64,000 nucleotides of DNA, taken from assembly GCF_009914755.1 (NCBI RefSeq), contig NC_060932.1; one strand, given 5' to 3'. This document shows positions 1-12,582 of this stretch, piece by piece. Position 1 is the stretch's first letter; each line of letters starts with the position of its first letter. Below the pieces are notes generated by a model. That model was not told the origin of the DNA. It was given only the letters and a program-made list of their open reading frames with translations, and searched no databases. The translations under genes were made by a program, and so were the position numbers. The DNA is from the human T2T-CHM13v2.0 reference genome, Homo sapiens.

Positions 1-614
1 TATGATAACTGTAAGTCTCCATTCTGTTATAACAGAGGATTCAACAGATATCAATGTCAAGTCAAACCTTGTGTTCAATAGTTTTCAACATGTCTGAATA
101 TATTCTCCTTTCCCCAGTGTATTGTCACCTGAGCAGGATGGGAATAGACTTGTGAAAGACTGGTAAAATCCATATGGTATATACTTTTCATGGAGTTTCA
201 TGATTCTTCTACTAAAGTCCTGGTCACCTCTCTTATCAATGGATTCCAGAACAGAAAATAGGTTCAAAACTCAGTAATGACCTTTTCTTTCTATGACATC
301 CCTTAGTTTCCTTCTCCTTTATTTTCACCTTCATCTATAATTCTTCCATAGCAGAACCCTTGTTTGTTCCTTGTCTGTTACAATGCAGTGTTTATAATCA
401 TCTTCACAATGGCCAACAAATCAAGCCCTCTTGCCAGCTCTTCTAACTGGGCGTGATATTTTGGTATGTTTTTCACACTGGCTCCATTGATTAAGTGCCA
501 TAGTTTGGCATGATTTACTTTGGTGTCTTATCATCATAAGGCTAATAATAAGGTCAGCTTAATGACCACTTCTGCCTTCATCAGCCCTGATCTGTAGTAG
601 GAAATCCATAGAAT

Positions 615-1610
615 ATATATTACGCTAAATTAAGGTTATATTTATACTTAAAAGTTATTGTTTATAAATTTACAAGCAAAAAACAACCCCATTAAAAAGT
701 GGCAAATGACATGAACAGACACTTTTCAGGAAGACATTCACGTGGCCAACAAGCGTATGAAGTAAAAACAAGTTCAGTTATTCCTGATCATGAGAGAAAT
801 GCAAATCAAAACCACAATGTGATGCCATCTCACATCAGACAGAATGGCTGTTATAAAACAGAGTCAAAAAATAACAGGTGCTGGCAAGGTTGAGGAGAAA
901 AAGGAATGCATAAACACTGTTGGTGTGTGAAAATTAGTTCAACCATTGTGGAAAACAGTATATTGATTCCTCAATTACCTGAAGACAGAAATACCATTCA
1001 GCCCAGCAATCCCATTACTGGGTATATACCCAAAGGAATATAAATTGTTCTATCATAAAGACACATGCACACGTATGTTCATTGCAGCACTATTCACGAT
1101 AACTAAGACATGGAATCAGCCCAAATGCCCATCAAGAGTAGAATGGATAAAGAAAATGTGGTACATATACAACATTGAATACTATGCAGCCATAAAACAG
1201 AATGAGATCATGTGTTTTTTTTTTTTTTTGCAGAAATATAGATGGTGTTGTTGGCCATTATCCTCTGCAAACTAACCCAGTAACAGAAAACCAAATACTG
1301 CATGTTCTCACTTATAAGTGAGAGCTAACTGATGAGAACACATGGACACATAGAGAGGGAACAACAGGCACTGGAGCCTATTGGAGGGTGTAGAGCGGGA
1401 GGAGGGAGATGATTAGAAAAAATAACTAATGAGTCCTGGGCTTAATACCTGGTTGATGAAATAATCTGTACAACAAAAACCCACGACACAAATTTACCTA
1501 TATAACAAACCTGCACATGTACCCATAAACTTACAAGTTAAAAGAAAATACAATAAAATGTATTGATTATTTGAAATTCAAGTTTAAGTGGGTCCTAAAT
1601 TTTTTCTGGC
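615..1610. mobile_element. MER33/MER53-like hAT DNA transposon remnant split by an L1 insertion
   Basis: The joined halves read tatttatacttaaaagttattgttt(at)...ttgaaattcaagtttaagtgggtcctaaattttttctggca, resembling the MER33/53 end (gaaattcaaatttaactggg...tctggcaaccct). Confidence 0.5.
666..1553 (+). mobile_element. 5'-truncated L1 (L1PA13-16 type): ORF2 C-terminus and 3'UTR
   Basis: ORF fragment [27 protein letters not shown]; 3'UTR motif aacaaacctgcacatgtaccc; A-rich tail; decayed 17-bp TSD taaaagttattgtttat (649-665) / taaaatgtattgattat (1554-1570). Confidence 0.92.
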
Positions 1611-2069
1611 AGACACAAGTGGATAATCACCACCAAGTATTTTTTTGATCCTTGTGTCACTCCCACCAGTTCATCCCTGATGGCATTGTTAAATGGTGAG
1701 TCATTTTGGCAATCCTAGTGAATATGATTATGTGATAGATCTTATGGCCAAATATAACATGTCCAGTCAGCAGGTCCACCTGAACTTTTTGGTATCATCC
1801 TTAATGTCTGTCACAGCAACTCAGAAATTTATACTTTGCTTAACTTGGATCATTACTTTTCTCAGGCTGCAAAAAGCCACCCTAGAAAAAGGTGTATCTT
1901 ATCCCTGGAAGTCCTTGCCAGGCTATGAATTCCTGTTTTGAAAAAAAAAAAAAAATCTCATGAACATAATTTTTACCTAGTACTATGTTACAATCTCCTT
2001 GATCAAGCACCCTCTCACGTTGAATTTCGGGGATACCTTCTGGCTCATGGTGGAATATGTTGACTAGAT

Positions 2070-2438
2070 TGTTAGCCTGTTTAGCATTGAAATAAAGGAA
2101 TATCTGAGGCTGTGTAATTTATAAAGAAAAAAGCTTTATTTGGCTTATGGTTCTGCAGGCTGTACATGAAGCATAGTGCTGACTTCTGTCCCTTGTGAGG
2201 CCTTAGGAAGCTTACAATCATGACAGAAGATTAAAGGGAGCTAGCCAGCATGTCACATTGCACCAGATGGAGTGGGGGAGGGGAATGTGCCAGGCTTTTT
2301 TCAACAACTGGATCTCAAGTGAACTCTTTGTCATGGGGAAGGCACCATGACCCAAGCACCTCTCCCCAGGTCCCACCTCCAACACTGGGATCACATTTCA
2401 ACATGAGATTTGGAGGGACAAACATCTAAACAATATCA
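2070..2438 (-). mobile_element. MST (MSTB-like) MaLR solo LTR
   Basis: Runs tgttagcctgtttagcattg...catgagatttggagggacaaacatctaaacaatatca; 5-bp TSD tagat/tggat. Confidence 0.88.
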
Positions 2439-3284
2439 TGGATCTTTCAGTTACTTGAAATAAAACTACTTTCCACACCTAGTAAATTCAACATGTCCCC
2501 AGACGGCTTATGATGGTATAACCTTTATGTAGGGCCTATCAGTCAGGACAGTAGCTCTTGAGAAGGTCCCCTGGTTCCCTGTTACCCTGTAGAGGAAAAG
2601 GCCTATGTGTCATCCTACATGTGGAAGTGCTACTTCATGCCACACAGAAGTGGATGACCTCTTCCATTTCTCAGCAGCCTTCAGATAAAAAACTTTCACA
2701 GGCCTCCATGGAGATATCCCATCCCATGTTGGAGGGTCTCAGATTTTCCAAACTGTGCCTGACTTTAGGATGCCACACTTGCCTTGATAGCATTTAAACA
2801 CCTCTGCAGCTCTATCACCAGGTCTTATCAGATCTTGGATTCTATACTCATCTGACTTATTGTTGCACTGCACCACAGGAGATAAAGGCCACTTTGAATG
2901 CACGCAAATTGAACATATGGCTCTCACCTTGATCCTTAAACGGTTTCACTGCCCTCAGTTATTTCTTATCCTACTATAGGACATTAATGTAGTTTAGACA
3001 TAAACAGACAATTATACTGCCTTTGCAGGCATTATTTTCCCCACATCTTTCAAATATCTACATCATCTCATCTAACCAGATGAGGTACCCCCACTACTGG
3101 AATATTTTCTCAGGTTACACCTGATAAAATCTTTCGGAAATAAACTTGCCACCTTGCACACTATCAGTACTGATTTCCACTCAGAATGGAGTCATTTTTG
3201 CTTGGTAGGCTTTAAGGGAACTCGCCTTAAAGTGACCTCTTACCAGCTTGTTATCTCAGGACCAGGACCTAGACCAAGACCACT

Positions 3285-4335
3285 TGATCTAGTTCAGGTC
3301 CTGTAAGAAGAAACAGATTCCAGGACATGATTAGTCCCACTTGTTTTTTTGTTTTCTTTTGGAAAAAAACATCTTTGAAGGGTAAAAGACGAGAAAGAAC
3401 AGCCTCTGATACCCTGAAGCTGGCCTGATATGGTCACCCTGTTAGGAACTGGCCAAGCATTCACGGTGCTGGGTATTGTCCTATTTAAATGTATCATTTC
3501 ATAGAGCATCAATATCTGTCAAAGCCACTCTGTAGCCATGATCAGTCAAAACAAACAACCAACCAAAAATCCCTCGGTAAAGGTACACATAAAATACAAA
3601 AATTATTCAAGCCACAAAATATCAGACATCCCCTTTTTTCAGCTAACCTGTGGGACTGGGGCTTTATCACCAATTATAGGTTTATCCTTTCATTAGTCTA
3701 GCCTCCTCATAAATAAAATTTCTTAAAATACTCAGTCACAAGTTAAACTCACTTTCTGATGGCATTCAATCCAGAGCTAAGGTATGCTTTTTGAAATCCT
3801 CCCATAAATCACTTAGCAGAAGACAAAATTCTATTTTTTCTGACTTTCTGAAGCTAAAACTTTCAATGATTTCTTGTGATGCACATTTCATCTCATGGGC
3901 ATGAAGAATAACCCCACTTTTTCAAGAACAAGAGGGTTTCTTGTGCTTTTTGCCTAGGTTAAAAGACAAGTACGAGGGAATAGGCATAGGCAGGTAGAAC
4001 CTTCTATAAACAAAACAAAAAATATCCAATATTTGTGAGAGGAGAAAAAAAAAAGAGGCTTGGTCAGGAAGTCTTAGAATACAGCACAATTCTTAAAAAA
4101 ATCTTATCCTGGAAAATGGGTAGTCCCCAAGCAAATATCTCATATTCGAGATGCCCTTCATTTGGCAAAAATGACTCAATTTTAGCCTGGAGCAGTCTGG
4201 GGGAAGCATAGTCTTGGTGTGATTGTTGGAGCAAATCCAAATGCCTGGCAGCTGATGGGCACCATTCAAATATGCTTCTCACAACAGCTTCTCTTGAAGG
4301 GATATCTGAGTAGTGCGCATCCATAGATGCTACAG
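3285..4335 (-). mobile_element. LTR16C-like 5' LTR of the ERVL provirus, split by a ~560-bp insert (3394-3955)
   Basis: Minus strand starts tgtagcatc..., contains ggggactacccatt...ttaagaattgtgctgtattctaagacttcc and ends ...tctgtttcttcttacaggacctgaactagatca, directly abutting the internal region. Confidence 0.72.
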
Positions 4336-4439
4336 AGAGAAAATAGGTAATAGTGATATAAATTACATCGACAATATCTTATCACTGATGAAAGACACCA
4401 CATTTTGAGAATGTTAATACAAGTAATGGATGCAAGTAC

Positions 4440-4900
4440 AAATTCAAAGATATGATTATTACAGCTTCACAATGGATTGGATATTGGGGTTTAAAGAACA
4501 GAAAGAATGAATAGATTTGAAGATGGGGGAGCTTGGGAAATGGTGAAATTAAACAAAATTACAATAAGAACAGTTTTGGTGGAGGATATAGTGAGATGCT
4601 TTTGATATTCTGGAGAACGTTATTGGTCAAAATTCCAGCAAAGTTTAAAAAAGTTATGTCTCTATGTTATAAGAGGTAGGATAATATTTTTAAAGGAAAA
4701 GAGAAAATAAATATTTGATATATATTTACTTTAAGATTATAGTTTAAATGATAGGAGGTCAAATCATTAAGATAACCAGTATAGAAGGAAGGAAATAATG
4801 CAAAGTCTAGGAAACAATATAGAAAAACAGCAAAAGTAAGGCTTAAGCAAGAGGGAGATATGCTAGTGAAAATCAAGTAAGTGTCCTAAAAGTTTGTGTA
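4440..4900 (-). mobile_element. Degenerate L2 fragment
   Basis: Purine-rich stretch with L2-like motifs (atggattggatattgggg..., gaacagttttggtggagg); highly diverged. Confidence 0.4.
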
Positions 4901-6075
4901 ATAAGGGATGATGCATATCATGCATTCCAATGGAAAGTGTACAAATGAAGTGAAGGAAAATCACAGATTTTCAGGGAAATCAAAGACAAGAATAATTAGT
5001 TTACAAATTAGAGCATCACTGGTATCCACTGAAGAGGGTGGATATGGAGTTTGTGGAAGAGGATGATATTCTAGGGATAGAAAATGTTTTCCAAAATTCA
5101 TTCAAGAGCCCACGTGGATCAGAAATAGAGGTTCCTGGGTACTCCTCAGAATAAGTATATCAAAATCTATCAGCATATGTTGAATGGGCCATCAAGTGAG
5201 TTATATATTCAATGTTTAAAACCACTAGTAATATCAACTTTCTAAGAAAGTTTGGTAGCAAATGATGAGATACAGAGAGGTTAAAAAATAGACAATCACA
5301 TTTTAATAGGACTAATAAGACATTACAAAAAAATTGTGATGAACTCTATGGAGAGATGCTTCAGATAGACAATCTGATAAGTAATGAGCCAGTTAAGAAC
5401 TCCCAGATGGCAGGAGAAGAGGGAATGAAACTTACGTATTTATAGTTACCCTTACAATAGAAGAGAGCCAACTCTTCATTGGGAGGGAGATATAGAAGGG
5501 AAAGAACAAACCTTGGTGAAAATAAACTCATGAGAGAAAAGTGAGTTGAGAGAACACATGTCAAGAAGTTTGAAAATAGTTTGAGCTCATTTCAGCCCTC
5601 TCAAATTACCAATATATCACTGCCTAAAATGATCAGTAGTCCTTAATCTTTCTAACTTTAGATACAATTTATTTTTGTTTCTTTGTTTTTCATACTGATG
5701 GGCATGTAAGTATGTTAAGGAAATTAAAATGCTGCAAACTGCACAAAGAGGTAATATTTACATGTGATCAGAGTGAAAAATTATTCCAGACTTGTGAGAA
5801 ATATGTCACAAGGCCAAAAATAGCAGAAAGATTGGAGACTTAAATATCTATTTCGTGTTCACATCTCTATAATGGGGGAAGGAAGGGAGAGGAGTGTTTT
5901 GATAACCTACTCCAGCATCTATCACTTGGATATTCTAACAAGCCACAAGTCACAGAATCATCAATAAAGAGTACACTTTATTTTTAATATAGTGAACAGA
6001 TTTTATTATAATCTGCTTATTTAATAGGGCAAAGAGAAATACTGATTTATTACAATATTATGTTTTTGGTAAACA

Positions 6076-6093
6076 GTGTGTGAGTGGGCATGT

Positions 6094-6125
<32 letters not shown>
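6076..6125. repeat. (TG)n microsatellite
   Basis: Interrupted gtgtgtgt run. Confidence 0.9.
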
Positions 6126-6126
<1 letters not shown>

Positions 6127-6487
6127 AGTGGGGAGAGAAGGCACATGTATGTGTGCCATACTTCCAAATTCTGGTAATTGAGCTTTATATTTAAGCTGAT
6201 TTTTAAAGCTTTGGAAATTGGTTTTCTCATCATGAAGTACCATTTAATTGAAATTAATTTTTAGAACTAAAGAAAATATTTTCATTGTCCTCATTTCACA
6301 AGATCTGTGTTGTCTAATAAAGATACCATTTACTTAGAATAAAAATGACTCTATAATATGTGATAGTAGATAAGGTGAGAATTGAAACAGTTACTTTAGA
6401 AATGGCATATGAGTAGGTGATAAAGAAAGGGATAAGAACTTGAATAATACTCAAGTTATGTACCTTTGGGTTTCACAAAAGCTGGAC

Positions 6488-6794
6488 ATTATTATTATTT
6501 TTTATAGAGACAGGGCCTCACGTTGTTACCTAGACTGGAGTGTAGTGGCACCATCATGGCTTACGGTAACCTCAGACTCCTAGCTTCCAGTGATCCTCCT
6601 GCCTCAGCCTCTGGAGTAGCTGGGACTATAGGTATATGCCACCACGCTCAGGTAATTTTAAAAAAAAATTTGTTTGTAGAGCTGGGGTCTCGTTATGTTG
6701 CCCAGTCTGGTCTGAAACTCCTAGACTGAAGCAATCCTCCTGCCTCAGGCTTCCAAAGCACTGGGCCTATAGGCACCAGCCACTGTGACTGGCT
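6488..6794 (-). mobile_element. AluJ
   Basis: Antisense dimer gagacagggcctcac...gcaatcctcctgcctc...cactgtgactggc with J-type features and high divergence. Confidence 0.93.
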
Positions 6795-7471
6795 GAGCTA
6801 AGTATTAAATAAGATGAATAAGAATAAATCTGCTTTGTTAGATTTTAGCTTTTAATGTAAATAATTTTAATATGAATTATGAAATAAATGAATTTTCATA
6901 TACTGTTATAATTAGATATTAATATTCAATGAAGATTAACTTTTATTCATGTTAAAATCTTTAGGTGATTATTTTATTAGAAAATTACATCTTATTAATA
7001 AAATGTTATTAACTTGTATTAGAAATATGTTTCAGACAAGTCAATACTGAGGTGTAAATTTAAATATATTTTACATAAATTTCACTCAATTTTTTTAGTA
7101 AATTAAATGTTCAGAAAAATAGTAAAGTTTAGATTTAGGTATTACATGGCACCGTGTCTTTCTTCGGTTTTAAATGGTCTGTAGTGATAAAATCTGTCAG
7201 GACCATCAGCCTTCCTGGATTTCCAAAATGTCATTTTAATTCTAAAAACTGAAAAACAGTAAAAAAAAAAAAAATCTGGATTCTTTTGCCAAAAAATTTC
7301 AATTTATGAACCACTGGGTACTAATAAAAATAATTTTTAAATATAGTGATATTAATGCTAAAGAAGATAATAATATACTGTTTTACAAAAGGAGAAAAAC
7401 CTCATTTTATGACAGAAACAAATTTGAGACCCAGCTTTCAAACTTAAAAAAAAAAAAAGAAAATGATTAAT

Positions 7472-9775
7472 TGATAAGGTTTGGCTGTGTCCCCACCCAA
7501 ATCTCATCTTGAATTGTAACTCTCACAATTTCCACGTGTTGTGGGAGGAACCCAGTGGGGGGCGATTGAATTATGGGGGTGGGTCTTTCATGCACTGTTC
7601 CCATGATAGTGAAGGAGTCTTACAAGATCTGATGGCTTTAAAATGCAGAGTTTCCCTACATAAGCCCTCTTTTTCCCTGTCGCCGTCCACGTAAGATGTG
7701 ACTTGCTCCTCCATGCCTTCCACCATGATTATGAGGCCTCTCCAGCCATGTGGAGCTGTAAGTCCACTAAACCCTTTTTTCTGCATAACTTACCCAGTCT
7801 TGGGTATGTCTTTATCGCAGTGTGAAAACAGACTAGTAGAGTAAATTGGTACTGGGAGTGGGTTATTGCTGAAAAGATACTGGAAACTGTGGAAGCAACT
7901 TTGGAACTGTGTAACAGGCAGATGTTGGAACAGTTTGGAGGGCTCAGAAGAAGACAGGACAATGTGGGAAAGTTTGGAACTTCCTAGAGACTTGTTGAAT
8001 GGCTTTGCCCAAAATGCTGATAGTGATATGAACAATAAAGCCCAGACTGAGGTGGTCTCAGATGGAAATGAGGAACTTGTTGGGAAGTGGAGCAAAAGTT
8101 ACTCTTGTTATATTTTAGCAAAGAGACTGGTGGCATTTTTACTTCTCCCCTAGCGATTTATGGAACTATGAACTTGAGATAGATGAATTAGGGTATCTGG
8201 TGAAAAAAAAATTCTAAGCAGCAGAGCATTCAAGATGTGACTTGGGTGCTGTTAAAGGCATTCAGTTTTATAAAGGAAAGAAACATAAAAGTTCAGAAGA
8301 TGTGCAGCCTGACAATGTGAAAAAAAAAAGAATTCCATTTTCTGAGGAGAAATTCAAGCCAGTTGCAAAAACGTACATAAGTAACAAGGAGCTGAATGTT
8401 AATCCTCAAAACAATGGGGAAATGTCTCCAGGGCATGTCAGAGGTCTTTACAGCAGCACCTCCCATCACAGGCCCAGAGGCCTAGGAGAAAAACATGGTT
8501 TCATGGGCCAGGCCTAGGGTTCCTATGCTTTGTGCAGTCTAGGGTCATGGTGCCCTACTTCCCAGTTGCTCTAGCTGTGATTAAGAGGGGCCAAGGTATA
8601 GCTCAGGCCATGGCTGCAGAGGGTGCAAGTCCCAAGCCTTGGCAACTCCCACATGATATTGAGCCTCTGGGTACACAGAAGTCAAGAATTGAGGTTTAGG
8701 AACCTCCACCTAGATTTCAGAGGATGTATGGAAATACCTGGATGTCCAGGCAGATGTTTGCTGCAAGGACGGGGCTTTCAATAGAGGACCTCGGCTAAGT
8801 GAAGGAAAATGTTGGGTTGGAGCACCCACAGAGTCCCTACTGGGGCAATGCCTACTGGAGCTGTGAGAAGAGGACCACTGTCCTCCAGACCCCAGAATGG
8901 TAGATCCACCAACAGCTTGCACCATGTGCCTGTAAAAGTTGCAGACACTCAACACCAGACCATGAAAGCAGCTTGGAGGAAGGAAGTAGCCCGCAAAGCC
9001 ACAGGGTCGGAGGTGCCCAAGACAGTGGGAACCCACCTCTTGATCAGTGTGACCCAGATGTGAGACATGTAGTCAAAGGAGATCATTTTAGAGCTTTAAG
9101 ATTTGACTGCCCTGCTGGATTTTGGACTTGCCTGGGGCCTGTAGCCCCTTTGTTTTGGCCAATATCTCCCATTTGGAACAGGTGTATTTACCCAATGCCT
9201 GAACCTCCATTGTATATAAGAAGTAAATAAGTTGCTTTTGATTTTACAGGCTAATAGGCAGAAGGGACTTGTCTTGTCTCAGATGAGATGTTGGATTGTG
9301 GACTATCGAGTTAATGCCAAAATGAGTTAATACTTTAGGGGACTGTTGAGAAGGCATGATTGGTTTTGAAATGTGACAACATGAGATTTGAGAGGGGCCA
9401 GGGGTGGAATGATATGGTTTGGCTGTGTCCCCACCCAAATCTCATCTTGAATAACTCCTGCAATTCCCACATGTCATGGAAGGAACCTGGTGGAAAGTGA
9501 TGGAATTAAATGGGTAAGTCTTTCCTGTGCTGCTCTGTGATAGTGAATGAATCTCACAAGATCTGTTGGTTTTAAAAACAGAAGATTCCCTGCACAAACT
9601 CTGTTTTTGCCTGCTGCCATTAGTGTAAGACATGACTTTCCCCTCCTTGCCTTCCACCTTGATTATGAGGCCTCCCCAGCCACTTGGAACTGCAAGTCTA
9701 TTAAACCCTTTTTCCTGTGTAAATTACTCAGTCTTGGGTATGTCTTTATCAGCAGTGTGAAAACAGACTAATATA
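7472..9775 (+). mobile_element. Full-length THE1 (THE1B-like) MaLR element: 5' LTR 7472-7840, internal 7841-9409, 3' LTR 9410-9775
   Basis: Two homologous LTRs starting tgata(a/t)ggtttggctgtgtccccacccaaatctcatcttgaa; internal starts gtaaattggtac and ends with the PPT gaggggccaggggtggaa; perfect 5-bp TSD ttaat (7467-7471 / 9776-9780). Confidence 0.96.
7866..8517 (+). pseudogene. Decayed THE1 internal gag-derived ORF fragments
   Basis: LWNCVTGRCWNSLEGSEEDRTMWESLELPRDLLNGFAQNADSDM is the typical MaLR internal ORF; broken by stops and frameshifts. Confidence 0.85.
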
Positions 9776-10811
9776 TTAATATTCAGTGTTTAAGACTTAT
9801 CTATTATTTCGTTGTTTCTTAGACTTTTATCTTCCATTCTGGATACACTTAAGCATTAATTGCTTATTGAGAATTTATATAAAATAAGAGCTAAAAATGG
9901 TTATACACTGCATTGTGATTAAGAGATTTCTTTACCAAAATATTGTCTTTACTGCATATTTTTAACACTGGCTTTGAGAGATAATATTCCTGTAATCTTC
10001 AGGCTTTTATGAGGTAAAAATGTACAATTTTTAAAGACAGATAGTCCTGAAAAACTGAAATTGCTTCTGTATCCTCCTGCTTAGTTGGAAATTAATATTG
10101 TGGAATTACCATATATATTTCATGGGTAGCAGCATTTCTTATTTTCACATAGGCAGAGACTATTCATCACCATATTCATTGGTAAACTACAAATTTGAAA
10201 ATCCTTTCTTGGATTCTATTACATTTATTGTGTACATATAAATAAGAAACCCTCATATCTAAGAAGTGGAATCTTACAAAATATTTGTGATTATAGAAAC
10301 ATGTAAATTGTGGTTACTATTAATAAATGTATTTTCATGACATTTTCATCTTTCAAACATGCTTTTAAAAGATAATAGAACTCCTGCTTTATCTATGGTT
10401 CCTTGTCTTTTGAAGATTTTAAAAGAGGCTTTGAATTCTTAAAGAATACTGTCTGGAAATGTTTTATACTTAGCATCTGTGGTTGTTAAAGTCATTAGGG
10501 TGGTGTTTTCTCTCTTATGGCCATATTTCTCCCTCTTTCTCTGTGGGATTCCTGGAAGTATTTCTTCTGTTGGTTTGAGTAACTTCTCTCATTCTGATGT
10601 TTGGCAGCATTTCTCAGGATGTGTGGGCAGACATTTGAGTTCTATTGGCTGCAAATTTTCCAAGATACAATTTTTTTTTAATTCAAAAAATTGAATATAA
10701 AAATTGTTTCTGCTTATATATTAACCTAATAGTTGTAAAAATTACTATATACCAGGGTATTTAAAATGAAAGCTTTAAAAGTAGAAAATATCTGTCTAGT
10801 TTCATTACAGA

Positions 10812-11110
10812 TTTTTTTTTTTTTTTCTGAGATGGAGTCTTGCTCTGTCACCCAGGCTCTGCAGTGCAGTGGCCTGATCTTGGCTCACTGCAACTTCTGC
10901 TTCCTGGGTTCAGTGATTCTCCTCCTCAGCCTCCCAAATCGCTGGGATTACAGGTGCACACCACTATGCCCAGCTAATTTTTTTTGTATTTTTGCTAAAG
11001 ATGGGGTTTCACCATGTTGGCCAGACTGGTCTCGAACTCCTGACTTGGCGAGCCGCCCACCTCGGCCTCCCAAAGTTCTGGGATTACAGGCTTGTGCCAC
11101 CACACTGGCC
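10812..11110 (-). mobile_element. AluS (Sx/Sz-like)
   Basis: Poly-T followed by gagatggagtcttgctctgtcacccagg...; TSD ttcattacagattt (10801-10814 / 11111-11124). Confidence 0.95.
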
Positions 11111-12254
11111 TTCATTACAGATTTATACACAAAGATTTGTTTATTAAGAGGGAAACAAAAGGAAGGAGATAAACCTTGCATCATTGAAGATGAAAAACAT
11201 GTAATGCTAATGATTCAAAACATGTAAGATTGCATATACAGAATACACACTCAGACTGTAAATAATATAACTTGTTTTTTAGTTTTTAACTTGCTTTATT
11301 GGGTATAACCTATTTATGATTATAAATATAAAGGAAACGACAAATATCAACAATCTGTGCATATTATAGATAATTAATAGATTATCAAACAAAATTTTCC
11401 TTTTCATTTCTCTATGGCTTCATGTATATCAAATACAAATTTTTGTTGGAAAATAACAGAATCACTTATTTGCTTAAATTATTTTTTAATATTTGAACCT
11501 ACTAGAGGGGTTCAGTCAAATGTCAAAAATTCATTTCATGGGCATTGTAAAAAAGAATATAATGGTGATTAACCCATTATAATATAATATTTCTTTCAGG
11601 AATCATGCTTTTACTATGGTTTTATGATGCTTGTTGTGTATCTTTTGGAGTACACAATGATATTACCAGGTCATTAATACTTTACCATTAAGACTAGTTA
11701 GTAGTATGACTGTTAAAATGGGAATATTTTCTATTAAACAGTTTTTCTATGTGTTGTGGTATGGCACAATGGAAACCTCATGAAATTTGGAATCACACAG
11801 AGCTAGGTTTATCAACCAGTGGAGGGAGTTCGTAGCTCTCTGAGCTTTCTGGATCTCAATGTTGTCATGTGTAAACATGAAAGCAAAAAATCCACCTTTC
11901 AAAGTTGAGATCATCATTAAGCAGAACAGTATGTATAAAAGGGACTAGCGTGATGCCTAGAACAACAGATCTCCAATTACAACTTTCTCCTGTTCTTGTA
12001 CTTTAGTAAAACTATATTCCCATTTTTAGACTTTAGAAAAATATCCTATATTTACGTTAATTTATTTAAGAATGTGTTGTAGAAGATTCCTCCCACAAAG
12101 TATATAATATACTTTCCAAAAAGAACATTTACAAAACAATGGCAAAATACCATAAATGTCTGAATTAATATTAACACATATACATAAGACAGACATCAGC
12201 ATGATTGATACACATAACTCCAAGATTTTTAATAAAGAAAACGTGTTTTTTTTT

Positions 12255-12582
12255 TCATACAACAGAATGTTATTCAGCCTTAAAAAGAAAGGAAATTTGA
12301 AAACATGCGATAACAAAGATGAATCTTGAAAACATTATGCTAGGTGAAATGGGACAGTCATGAATGAATACACTATTTGTATATATACTTTTATACTGTT
12401 GTGCTATATATATGTATATGTACCTGTTGTAGTATAAAAGTACCTGTTACCACTGAACTGTGCACTTAAACATGGTTTAAATGGTGAATCTTAAGTATTT
12501 TGCTTTTAAAGTACCTTTAAGTTTGCAAAGTACTTTAAGTACTTTAAGAATTTTATGTATATTTTACCACAGTTTTTTTAAA
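12255..12582 (+). mobile_element. L1MB-type 3' end fragment, internally deleted
   Basis: tattcagccttaaaaagaaaggaaat...aacattatgctaggtgaaat...cactgaactgtgcacttaa...tattttaccaca. Confidence 0.75.

Larger units (their letters stand above)
1..3284 (-). mobile_element. Ancient ERVL internal region (ERV3-16A3/HERV16-like): decayed gag and protease, interrupted by a MER33/53-like piece, an L1PA and an MST LTR
   Basis: Minus-strand translations match ERVL motifs. At ~45-118: LGKGEYIQTC*KLLNTRFDLTLIS (cf. WGKGNNQTFRGLLDTGSELTLIP, protease). At ~1620-1770: DWTCYIWP...NDSPFNNAIRDELVG (cf. EWIYYVRP...EDTPFTKAIRNALVRG). At ~2715-2815: ELQRCLNA..KVR..DPPTWDG (cf. ELQRKLNS..KVRAL..DPETWDG). Many stops and frameshifts. 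Confidence 0.8.

Noticed and set aside
4064-4324. 86-aa ATG-initiated ORF
   Set aside because: Lies inside the LTR16C-like sequence; no recognisable domain.
10766-11227. 153-aa ORF
   Set aside because: Read-through of an antisense Alu (MESCSVTQA...[12 protein letters not shown]), a standard artefact.
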